DNA of 63,913 nt, the filler included, from Folioceros fuciformis (lineage: Eukaryota), in assembly GCA_049999805.1 (NCBI GenBank). It is 5 parts of 5 records of this genome, joined end to end, with 100 filler letters (N's around TTAATTAATTAA, not from the genome) between each part and the next. Parts side by side here need not be neighbours in the genome. Positions count along the whole stretch, not along the records: positions 17,683 to 42,992 come from JBNGIO010006371.1; 4 more parts are not named here. One strand, given 5' to 3'. Both the position numbers and the translations under genes were made by a program. The notes below the pieces were generated by a model. That model did no database searches. It saw only the letters and a list, made by a program, of their open reading frames with translations, and was not told the origin of the DNA. Positions 20,973 to 32,099 of the stretch are shown in pieces (within the stretch, counting starts at the first letter, position 1; every line of letters begins with the position of its first letter).

Positions 20973-21298
20973 ACATGAAGAATGCATCCTAGAATGTGTA
21001 GAAAAGAGGCACCTAGGCCTCTGCAATAAAAATAAAATAAAATAAAATAAAATAAAAAATAGACTACATATGCATGGGCCCAGGTACATGCTCCTCATCC
21101 AGGTCCTAATCCAACCCCGAGGCACTTGATCGCGGAGTTTTGATAGTGTACAAGCTATCAGCCCCACCCTTACTGGCACATACCAATATCTCCCCGCGTA
21201 AGATATGTTCGGTTACAATCCGTCGATGGCCTAAAAAAGGAGACACCCCCGTCTTCGCCATCTCTGCCCAGCCCTACCTCCTGCCGCCTCTGCTCACC

Positions 21299-21688
21299 AT
21301 GGCCTCGGGACAGGAGGATTTCTACGTGATCCCCCGTCATTTTAGACCTCTCAAATATCGGCCCAAGCTCCTCAAATTGCTGAAGACAAGGAGCTCGCTA
21401 CAAGCCAGGATTAAATGGCGGAGAAGGGCACGGGATGGACACCGAATTCGGAGGCAGGCATCCCTCCGCGATTACTCACGGCATTGCACCTGCTCCTCAG
21501 CATCTACTCCGCGTGTGGACTGCATTGTCCATGGATTCGATGAGAACGTCCCTGGATGGGTAGGAGGTTTTCTCAAAATCTCCGATGAAGATTTGGAGAC
21601 TGGAGAATTGACCCTCACCTCAGCAAAAAGGCTCCAGGGGCACTCCCCCCCCCCAATCACAGCCCTACGAGATTGGCAAACTCTCTGA
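21299..21688 (+). CDS. Extra ORF between PBS and gag of element A; may continue through frameshifts to about 22357
   Basis: ATG-initiated 129-aa ORF, Arg/Lys-rich with a Cys/His cluster (HCTC...DCIVHG). Open segments 21712-22173 and 22166-22357 follow in other frames. Confidence 0.5.
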   Translation: MASGQEDFYVIPRHFRPLKYRPKLLKLLKTRSSLQARIKWRRRARDGHRIRRQASLRDYSRHCTCSSASTPRVDCIVHGFDENVPGWVGGFLKISDEDLETGELTLTSAKRLQGHSPPPITALRDWQTL

Positions 21689-22408
21689 AATTGTAGGATT
21701 TTGCAGCGCTCTTGCTCAAACAGGCTGGATTTGGGAGCTATCTAGAGAAATTTGCTGAGCCTTCCCAAGAATCAAACTCAGGCGAGCGCTCGTACGGGAG
21801 ATTGAGTGGAGGCCTCTATATGCAGCAATTTCGGCCCGAAAAAGAGTGCCCCACATCGCCAGCTACAGGGCGCCCCAGATCGCCAGCATCGGAGGAGCAC
21901 CCCAGCTCGCCTGGTGCAGGGCGTGCCGGATTGTCCGTGGAGGGGAGCGGCAGATCCTCCTCCAAGGGGCACACCCGTGCCCAAACGGCGTCCCAAAACA
22001 ACAACTTAAGTTGTTGTTTCGAGCCTCCATACCGAAACGACAACTTAAGTTGTCGTTTCGGTGAAGGGGGTTTTTTCCCCCTCCCAATGGGTGTGAACCT
22101 GGTTTATTCGGGCACCAGTTCAGTCCGATGCCGGTTCACACTCGGACCCCCTCTTCTACAACTTCTTGCCTGACAGCCAGCAAGCTCTGGAGAACTCTTG
22201 TGTGAAGATCGAGCTTGCCTCGACACCCCCTCCTCTTGTCGACCACTCCTCGGCACTCCTGGACAAGCTCCAACTCATCGCTGAGTATTTTGTGGATTTG
22301 ATCTACCGACTCCGCCGCTTAGTAGAGCCTGTCCAAGATTTCTCACTAGCCCCTTGACTACTAGGACGTTGGTGGCACATGTGCTAGGAGGACACTAGAA
22401 CAAGTTTT

Positions 22409-22897
22409 ATGACCTCAGCTTACAGAGACGTGGTTAGTCAGCTTGTTGAACACTTTAATTCACTTTCAATTAACCCTCCAGCTTCCATGGCCACCAGCAC
22501 AATCGTCCCAATACCCACAGGATCTATGCCAACATTCACCGACCATATAAAGGAAAGTGACCGCTTCAACGGCCAGCGTTATCCAGTATGGCAAGTGCAA
22601 ATGAAGTCGATCTTGATTGGCCGTGGTGTTTGGAAAGTTGTCGATGGGAGCCATCCCAAACCAGACCCCACTGCAATCCCTCCTCCTTCTGCAGCCGACA
22701 TTGAGAAGTGGGAATATTTAAACGGAATTGCAGTGGCGCTCCTTATCTCTAGCTTGGACTCGAGCTTAGTGCCGAGCATCGAGTTCCTCATAGAGGCCCC
22801 CTCCATTTGGCACCAACTTTCCAACACTTACAATGTGAACAATGTCTTGACACTCTACAGCGTCATACAAGAGTTCAATGCACTTAAGATGAAGGAG
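22409..22897 (+). pseudogene. Copia gag, 5' part (interrupted by an insertion)
   Basis: KESDRFNGQRYPVWQVQMKSILIGRGVWKVVDG...EFNALKMKE; the frame resumes after 27189 as ADTVAAHTSKFRHLR. Confidence 0.92.
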
Positions 22898-25800
22898 TGT
22901 GAACGAAAAAAACTTTCGGAACCCCCATTTTGAGCGACGGAATGAGCAGGTTGTGATTTTTTTTGTGAAGGGATCGGCGAATCGGCTTAGTAGGTAAATA
23001 AGACCAGGGTGTTTATGCCCAAAGTCCCTCTTGGGCTTCGGGGTTTGGGGTGTAATGGAGACCGGGACAAGGAGGGGGAATGAGCGAGTGCCTCCTTGGC
23101 CCTCAGGTCATTGAGAACATTAAGGACCAGGTCTGTAGGTAGGTGAGTGGGGTATGTCCTTGGCCTTTGGTGGTCCGGGGCCCCTTAGGTCTCTATATAT
23201 GCTAAGAAGACAGAAGAGTTCCGAGCCCGAGCGTGAGGGGAGGAGGATAGCCAGGATGAGGTCGCGGCCTGAACTGATCCTTGAATCAGCAGCCTCTATA
23301 CAAGAGGGGGGACCTCCTGTCCCCCGAATCGACCTACTCCTGTGGCCAAATATGGAGCACTGGAGGGTCAGGGCAGGAAAGTTGGTGGCAGAGCTGGGTC
23401 TGACTTTTATGACCTAGAAGTGGAACCATGCAGCACCTCAGCTGGTCAGGGAGTGTGCCCTGAGGCTAATAGAGCCTGTACACGAGGAGGGGATCAGAGG
23501 CAGACCCCAGGAATGGAACCTGGAGTTAATCAGGAGGGTCTACGGGCGCGACCAACAGGAGGAAGGGGGACTGGTGCTGGAGTCCCTGAAGAGGCGTAGT
23601 GGAACGGGAGCCGCGGAAACGCTGCTCAAGGCAGGCACGAGAAAGGAAGCGAACGAGTGGCTGGTGCGCGACATGGCAAGTCCCCAGCTGTTGGGAATGG
23701 CTAAGTGGTTCCTGAGCTTCTTCCAGGTACGCAAACAGGATTATCTGTCCGATCAGATGCTCCTGTTTGTGCATGAAGTAGTGAAGGGCACCAAGATTGA
23801 CGGGGGGAGGATTTTATACACCAAGATGGATGAGGAGAGGCAGAACTTGATCCGACCCACCCCTGAACCTTCTATGATTTCCCCGTTTCTAATCCATCTG
23901 TACAGTTACGCTAACCTGGTCACTGAGCTAGAAAGGCTGGCCTCGCTGCACCTATGGAAGCCAGTTCGCGATGTGAAGTGGAAGCCCGCCAAGCCAGCAA
24001 GGGCGGCCTCCAGCAGTTGGGAAGCTGACAGTGGGAATAGCTCGCAGGAGGAAACCCAAGTCAAGCCCAGGAAGAGGATGGTGCCACAAAAGAAGACTCT
24101 TGCCAAGAGGAAAAGGACCAGAGGACAAAGTGTGAGCATGCAGACTGATCAGGAGGAAGGGGGGACAGCCCTGGAGCATATGGGTCAGCAGGAGGCAGAA
24201 CGAGAACCAGCTGTCAAGGGAATCAAGGACCGAAGGTTGGAGGAGCAAGGTCAGCGTGGGACAAGACCCGAGGAGCCACCGGATCAAGTGATGGCAGCCG
24301 ACACAGTTTCCTCCAGACAGGAAGATAAGTTAGGGCTCGTTTCAGCACAGGAGGGTTCCTCAAGGTGGAAGGACATTTTCAGGTGCAGGCCTCAGAGACA
24401 TAGGTTGCAGGTGGGGGACCTGGACAAGTTGGGAGAATTCCTGGGCAGACAAATCACGACGAGAGGAATGGGCACCGGAGGGGTGCAGGAGGTGGACCTA
24501 CCCGGGCTGGCTGCTGTGATGGTGTAGGCCCAAGCAGACCTCCTGGATCAGGCTACAAGGGCCCTGACCTGGTTAAGTGTACAAGCGGAGTGAGAGGCCG
24601 AGGCTTGGGGGAAGGAGGAGAAGGCTCGTGAGCGAGAGGCTAAAGCAAGGAGGCAACTGGCGGAGTCAGAGACGGCGCGGCAACTGCTGGAGGAGAAGCA
24701 GCGGGTTCTGGACAAGGAGAAGGCTCAAGCTGAGGAAGAGGCGCGCGAGGCGAGGGCTGAAGTGCAGGCGCTGAAAGAGAAATAGGGGACCCTGCTAGCT
24801 CAGGTGAGGGAGGCTCACGAGACTAATCTGGAGATGCAACAGGAAATGGCCAGGGCACAGGAGCTGGAGATAGTCATTGTGGAGCAGGCTCAAAAGTTGG
24901 CTGACAGATTCAAGCGGGAGCGGGATGAGGCCAGAGAGAGAGTGAAGGGGAAGAGCAAGGCTGGGCGTCCGAGTCAGTCGGCGACCTCGGTAGCAGAAGG
25001 GGCTACCACTAGCCGAACCAGAGGAACGGTAGTCGAGGGGACTACCGGTAGTCCGGTAGTTCACGGGACTACCAGTAGTCGGGTAGCCGACGGGGCTCCC
25101 GATGGCCCAGCAAGGCCCAGGATAGCTGAAGAACCAACCCTGGAAACAAAGGAGGAAGCAGTAGGGGCCTGCCCCTAGGCGCTACAGGAGGGTGACCCGT
25201 ACCAGGAGGATAGAGCCGGAGGAGGCAACAGCTGGGCAGACAGAGAACCTTCAGGTACCCCAGCAGGAGGGGGAGCGGGCAACCCGAGGTAGCCCAAGGG
25301 AGGACGGGGTAAGCACCTCTGTTATGACAGAAGGTCGGATTGTGCTGCAGTATGAGGAGGAGGCCTCCTATGTGCCAGGCCTGTATGTAGAAGGGGCCAA
25401 AGTTCTGAAGCTGTTTCTGTATGTACGTATGGGCATAGGAGGGACGCGGGGCTACGTCCTACAGTTGAGGACGCACCTGGGACTCTACCACTACAACTGG
25501 TGGGTGACAAGACTGCCCCACTGCTATGCGGAGGCAGTTTTGGAGAAACTGGCGGAAGAGGAGGCCCAGCGCTGGGTAGAACGGGGGCCTGTGGCTGTCC
25601 TCAACAACCAGAGAAGGAGGAGGAGTGGTGGACCACAGTGGCGGGACCCACCTGCGCCGCCAGCCAGGTCCAGCAGCAGCAGCAGTGATGTGGAGATCCT
25701 CTGGGAGGATCTGCCGGACCAACGGAGGGGCAGAAGAGCAAGAGGAGGGGCAGCAAGGGATGACACGCGAAGGCCAGGAGGAAGCCGTTAGCGGCGTGGG

Positions 25801-27184
25801 AAAGGGCGATAGTAAACATAGGCTAGAATAGGATTTTGTAGCGTGCTTTATTTGGACCTAAGTCGCTTAGAATTTAAGAGCGCAGCTCCCCTACCTAACA
25901 AACTTTATGGTGGGAAAAACTGCCATCACCGTGTACAAGAGGCCGGTTTGAAGGCCTAAGAAATTAGCAAGAACTAGCTGAACAGTCGACCTTGCAAGGA
26001 CTTAGCGATGGTCGTTGCTGGACAAGAGGTCTAGGCAAGCAAGCGCACGTAGCAACCTGAAGTGCGGGTGTAGGTGGTGGGCGCTCCGTGATCAGGTCCG
26101 GGGACGAATCAGGAGGAGGAGCCTCGCCGAGTGGGAGAGAAACTCCCTAGCTATCCTCGAGGTGGTCACGTGGGGTGGTGCAGGTGTTGGAGCCGAATCC
26201 GTGAGTGCAGAGTGGAAGGGACTCCTCTTCCCTTAGCTCCGGTACCTCACCATTCCTCAACGTTAATAGGAGCCCAGGAGGGGCATCGCTGAGAAAGAAG
26301 ACTGAAGAACCGGAGAAAGGAGAGTGCGGGAGTGCGCGTGTGTGAGAGGGAGGAGGAGCGAGTGGCCGAGTAGTGGATAAGAGCGAACGCAAAAAGGAAG
26401 CCAGAAGGAGTGGAGCAGGAAGTGAAGCGGAGTGGAAGTGATTCGACGAATGTTAAGACAAGCAGAATGTACATAGCGAACTGGTGAGTGGGGTAAGAGA
26501 GAACAAAGCCGGGGAAACCCCAGAGGCGAGGTGGGTAATGTGTGTGGGGTGCAACGAGACGTGGTGTGTATGTGTGACTGGTCGCGATGAGACTGGAGAG
26601 GCTGTGAAGAAGCTGAATTGAGACCGCAGGGGGTGTATCTAAGGTGTGAGATCACGCGGGTGGAAGGCGTCCAACAGATTGCTGCAGTTCATGTGAGTGT
26701 GCGCTTGTTTCTGAGGTGAGTGAGGCGGTTTTGTGGTGAACCAAGGAAGGGAAGCGCAAAAGGGGATGCGCGGGCCAGAGGTAATCAATCGGGTAGGAAC
26801 AACCCGTTGGAAGAGAAAATCCTAGAGAGAGGGAACTAAGAGAGAGAGAGTGGGACCCACGAGCGGTAGACCATCGGGCGACGGAGGTAGCCCGGTGGGC
26901 AACCAAGAGTAGTCCNNNNNNNNNNNNNNNNNNNNNNNNNNNNNNNNNNNNNNNNNNNNNNNNNNNNNNNNNNNNNNNNNNNNNNNNNNNNNNNNNNNNN
27001 NNNNNNNNNNNNNNNGGACGTGTGTGTGTGGGTCAGTCGAGCTTTAGGTGTTAATTGACTTTAGAAGCTAACTTGTGTAGTTTAACACAAATCATTCCTT
27101 TGGGATCGAATCCCAGAGCTACAACGACATAGAGGGCTTGTGTGGACCTCGCTGTACCCTCGGGTACCATATTTTAACCCCACA
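22898..27184. mobile_element. Nested TG...CA-bounded insertion (solo or collapsed very long LTR, probably Gypsy-type) with 5-bp TSD AGGAG
   Basis: Starts TGTGAACG and ends ACCCCACA; AGGAG at 22893-22897 and 27185-27189; excision restores the gag frame. Contains a 100-N gap at 26916-27015. Confidence 0.88.
23256..25791 (+). pseudogene. Disrupted retrotransposon accessory protein gene (putative plant-transposon-protein-like domain plus coiled coil) inside the insertion
   Basis: TATATA at about 23194 and ATG at 23256; segments ...GTKIDGGRILY...ISPFLIHLY, then a charged low-complexity region and an E/Q/R-rich coiled coil (about 24600-24950). Several stops and frameshifts. The family assignment is from recall only. 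Confidence 0.55.
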
Positions 27185-27189
27185 AGGAG

Positions 27190-30100
27190 GCGGACACAGT
27201 CGCAGCACATACCTCTAAGTTCAGACACCTTAGAGGGCAGTTGGCCTCTCTTGGGTCACTAATGACCGAGACCGACGCTGTTGCTCAACTGCTAATGAGT
27301 CTGCTGGCCTCCTAGCAACACTTTGTCACTAGCATGATGTTGGTTTCAACTCGCGGCATCCCTGGATCCACCTCCTCTATGGCAGTGGAGGAAATCATCA
27401 GTGCCCTTTACCAACATGAACAAAGCCGCCTCAATTCTGTAGGAGGGTCCAAGCCCAAGGTAGATAAGGCACTCGCTATTCGTTTTAAGCCTAGGAAATT
27501 CAAGGAGAAGTAGGCAACTACCTCCAAGAGTGAGTCGACCTTAGCTCCACCTCGCCGGGCAGGTAACTGCAATTGATGCGGCACACCCGGCCACTGGGCA
27601 CGAGAATGATGCAAGAAAAAGGCCGGAGAGCTACAGAAGCTTGGCCTGCGCCAGACCGCAAGTGTAGCCGTCAAAGGCAAAGCAGTATCCGAGGAGGCAA
27701 AGACGATCAAGATTCTCACCGTTTGCCTCAATACTCAGCCACAACAAGACAGAGGGTGGTACCTTAATAGTGGAGCCACCGCTCATATTTGCAATGACAA
27801 CACTCTGTTCTCCAAGCTAGACACACGTCCTGTCAGAGAAAGAGTGCTCTTGGGAGATGAGTAGAACAAATCAAGTCTGCCCATACTTGGACAAGGGACT
27901 TGCAAGTCCCCCTTACCTGACGGATCAACACTTACCCTAGAGCCTGTGCTCTATGTTCCACTAATGGGGAAGAACCTTGTTTCCTTGAGTCAGCTCATGC
28001 AACACGGTACCCTGGAGATACTGTTCTCGCGTGACTCTTGCTGCTTTTACAGGCCAGCTAACTTTGACCTGTGCGTGTTAAAAGCCATCCTTCAAGATGG
28101 ACTTTATAAGCTCACCTTGGACAGCAGACAGGAGCCCCTTGTCTTCACTGCTGAACAGCCCTCCTCCAGTCTGGCTACCCTTTGGCACGCCAGGCTCGGT
28201 CACATCAACAAGAATAAGTTAATCTCAATGTCATCACAGGACCTATATAAGGAACCTATGCCAAGATGCTTCCGGCACCTTCTTGTTTGCGAGCCATGTG
28301 TGCTTGCAAAGAAAAAGGAGTCGTCATTCCCCAAACATGCGCAGAGGTCAGAGTCAGTGCTGGAGCTGGTGCACGCTGACATATCAGGAAGGATTCACAC
28401 TCCATCCCTGGGAGGGGCGATCTACTATCTCACCCTCACCGATGACTTCAGCAAATACTCGTGGACCTTCCCCATGCACCTGAAGAGCAACATATTATTT
28501 TAAGGATTGGCTACTTGCTGTCGAGCATCAGACAGGCAACTTGCTGAAAACCCTGCGAAGCAACAATGGGAGTGAGTTTGTAAACAATAAGTTTGATGCT
28601 TTCCTGCTCGAGCGAGGAATCCAAAGACAACTCAGTGTTCTTTAAACCCCGCAGCAAAATGGGGTTGCTGAGCGTAAGAACCAAACGCTCCTCTCCATGA
28701 CTCGAAGCATGCTCTTGTGGTTTGGTCTTCCGCAGGGCTTCTGGGCTGAAGCCATAGTGGCCGCCACATACATCTTGAACCGGATCATCACAAGCTCCGC
28801 ACCCGGCCGCACTCCATACGAGGTATACTAGAAACGAAAGCCAAGTATTCAACACCTGCGGGTTTTTGGATCAACAACTTTCGCCCACATCCCTGCACAA
28901 AAGCGGCACAAGTTAGAGGACAGGGCAAGGAAGCCGATTTTTGTAGGCTACATTGAATCTACCAAGGCCTACAAACTCGTAGACCCTGAGACCTACAAAA
29001 TCACCCTTGCACGGAGTGTTACCTTCATGGAGCTTGCTAGGCCAACCTCAAAGGGAGCCGCCTCAGCCGAGGACCCAACTCCCCCTGACTCAGACCCTTT
29101 ATCAAGCTTCCCTCCGGAGGACGGTGACCCCCGCACTCTTGACATAGTGGATGCCGACTCGGATGTTGAGGACGGCCACCCACCCTTTCAGGACCTGCCA
29201 CCTGAAGACCATACTGGTGCTTTCGGTGACCCACCTGTCACCGCCGACAATGCTGACGGTGACTTGCTGCCCGCACCTGACATTCATGCCCCTGATGGAA
29301 CACCACTGGCTGCTCCACCACTTGTGTCGGACGGATGTGAGACGGCACCTACTAAGCTGCCTCTGCTAGATCCTACACCAGCTTCTGACCCTCGCTGCAG
29401 CACCCGTCACCGGCCACCGCTGTCCCAGTGGGCTGAGCCACCCTACCAGTCAATGGATTTTCGAACTGCTTTCAATTCCCTCTCCACTGCCTTGACCTCT
29501 TCCTCCTCTTTACCTGAGGAGCCAGCTACTCTGACCCAAGCACTCACTAGCCCCGAGTCCTCCCAGTGGCGGCTCGCAATGGAGGATGAATACCAGAGTT
29601 TGGTTCAGAACAAAACTTGGGAGCTAGTCGACCCGCCCCCTGGGAGGAAGCCCATCTCATGTAAATGGACATTCAAGCTAAAGTTGAATGCCCAAGGCCA
29701 GGTAGCCCGCTTCAAAGCTCGCCTGGTCGCTCGTGGGTTCTCCCAAGTTGAAGGCCTCGACTATCAAGAGACCTTTTCTCCTGTGGTACGTGCTCAATCC
29801 ATCCGGATTCTGCTTGCCCTTGCTGCTGAGCTTGACCTCGAGCTCCACCAAATGGACGTGAAGACTGCTTTTCTTTACTGCAATCTAGACGAGGAGCTCT
29901 ACATGAATCAACCTGAAGGCTATGTCAGCAAGCAACACCCAGGCAAAGTCCTAAGGTTGAGAAAGTGTATCTACGGCCTTAAGCAAAGCGGCCGGGTTTG
30001 GTACACCACCATGCACGCCTACCTCCTGAGTGTCTCTTTCACCCAAAGCACAGCCGACGGCAACGTATACAAGCTTTCTCGAGGCCCCCATTTTTTGGCC

Positions 30101-31143
30101 CTTGCTCTGTATGTTGACGACCTTATTCTTGCAGCAAACAACTCCGAAATGCTAGCAGAGGTCAAGTAACTCCTGAGTGCTCGCTTCGAAATGAAGGACA
30201 TAGGTGAACTCCAATTTTGCCTTGGCATACAAATCCTTAGCAACAGGACAGAAGGAAGATTGGTCATCCACCAACTGAAGTACATCAACGAGATACTATG
30301 AAAGTTCAAGTTGGATCAAGCCAGGCTGGTATCCACTCCTTATGCCGTGGGCACTAAGCTCAAAGCCGACCTGTGCCCACATACAGAGGAGGAAGCCAAA
30401 GAGATGCAAGGGATCCCCTACCATCATGCCTTAGGTAGCCTCCTCTTCGTCAGTGGATGGACAAGGCCAGACATCCAATACTCTATCTCCACGGTATCCC
30501 AATTCCTAGAGTCGCCTGGCAAGGCACACTGGGCTGCCGTCAAGAGGGTGTTCCGCTACTTGAAGGGAACCCTAACATATGGGCTTGTATACCAAAGTGT
30601 AGGAACATGCAAGCTCTCACTCACTGGTTATACGGATGCCGACTGGGCATCTGATCCCGACTCAAGGAAAAGTTTGAGTGCACATTGCTTCCTACTATCC
30701 GCAGCCGCAGTGAACTGGAGCTGCAAGAAGCAGACCTCCATAGCACTCTCTTCCACGGAGGCCGAATAGAAATCCCTTACAGACGCCTCCAAAGAAGTTG
30801 AATGGGAAAGGGCTTTTCTATCTGATATAGGCCAAAAGCAAGATGAGCCCACACCCCTTCACTACGACAACATGTCAGCCTTGGCACTAATCTCCAACCC
30901 AAATTTCATGCCAGGACAAAACATATAGAGATTCAGCACCACTACATCCACAACGTAGTGGAGCGTAAGGTGGTACAAGCTGGCTACGTGCCCACAGAGG
31001 AAAACCTAGCAGACCTTTTGACAAAGGGCCTGCCCAAGTCGAGACACTACCAGCACATGCAAAGAATGGGACTTGTGGACTACTCACCCTACCTCTCTAT
31101 CGACCAAGTACAAGGGAGGACTCACCTGACAGAGGGAGCATGA
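27190..31143 (+). pseudogene. Copia gag(3')-pol of element A: zinc knuckle, protease, integrase, RT, RNase H
   Basis: LWHARLGH, LELVHADI, QNGVAERKN, ARFKARLVARGF, QMDVKTAF, LYVDD, YTDADWA, IALSSTEAE; multiple in-frame stops. Confidence 0.95.
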
Positions 31144-31196
31144 CTACTACTTAGCTCTTGACTGAAGAGTTAGGTTATGTCTCACTTAAGAGGGAG

Positions 31197-31415
31197 TGTT
31201 AAGAATAGGGTTCGATTAAGTAACCCATAACCCTAGTCATCAATCAATTGAGTTAGGTTAATCTAGGAGTTACCTCAAACAGACACATCCCTAGCGAAGT
31301 GGTGCGACTAGCACCTATATAAGAGACACCTATCCTGTATTTTTTTATCATGCTAAATAAAGTAACATAGCTTAAGAACATAATGTTTTCTCTACTTACT
31401 AATAGGAATTTATCA
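31197..31415 (+). repeat. 3' LTR of element A (219 bp)
   Basis: Preceded by the PPT and followed by TSD TTTGC. Confidence 0.95.
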
Positions 31416-32099
31416 TTTGCCATGTTTGCGCACATGTCTCATGCTCTGTAGCGGACTGCCACTTCATTGACACATTCATCCTCCATGCATTGTGGGATCG
31501 TGTGCACCGTGTTCACGATCACTTGTGTGCGCCGTGTTCACGATCGCTTGCTCCCTACTACGTTATTGTCCTTAGTATAAATCGCATATTTACACATTAA
31601 TGATTGATTATTATAAGCACCTTTTGTTCATGAAGGTCGAGATCATTTCTTACGATCTGTAAATTATCTGCAAAGTCAGAGACAGGAATGCCCACATCTC
31701 CGAACCTCCAACTCGTGAACAAACTGAGGAAAAAAGACAGGGTCTTGTCGGGCAGCTAGTGGACATTGTCAGAATGCTAAACAGGCTCAAGGAGGTGGAC
31801 TTTGACAAGGTTTGAAAGACAGACATACAGATGATTAGGTATGTCCCTCACGCTTCATCCATATGATCCTGTGTGTTTTTTTAGTTCAAAAAATTGTAAC
31901 AGCTGCAAAAAACTGATTGTTGTTGCTTGTGCAGCTTAAATCATCTAGGAGAGGGGTGGTGGAAGCTTGTTGGCAAATTAAACCACCTGGCTGTTGGTTT
32001 GAAAACATGTGCTATCTGTTGTTCACAACAAGTTCTTGAGATAATGGTTATTAAAATAGACTTGGATGCCACATCCAACCCCCTCCAAAAACCAGATAA

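Larger units (their letters stand above)
20712..31415 (+). mobile_element. Full-length but inactivated Ty1/Copia LTR retrotransposon (element A)
   Basis: TG...CA LTRs at 20712-20960 and 31197-31415; TSD TTTGC at 20707-20711 and 31416-31420; PBS TGGTATCAGAGC at 20961-20972; PPT AAGAGGGAG; order gag-PR-IN-RT-RNaseH with several stops. Confidence 0.97.
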
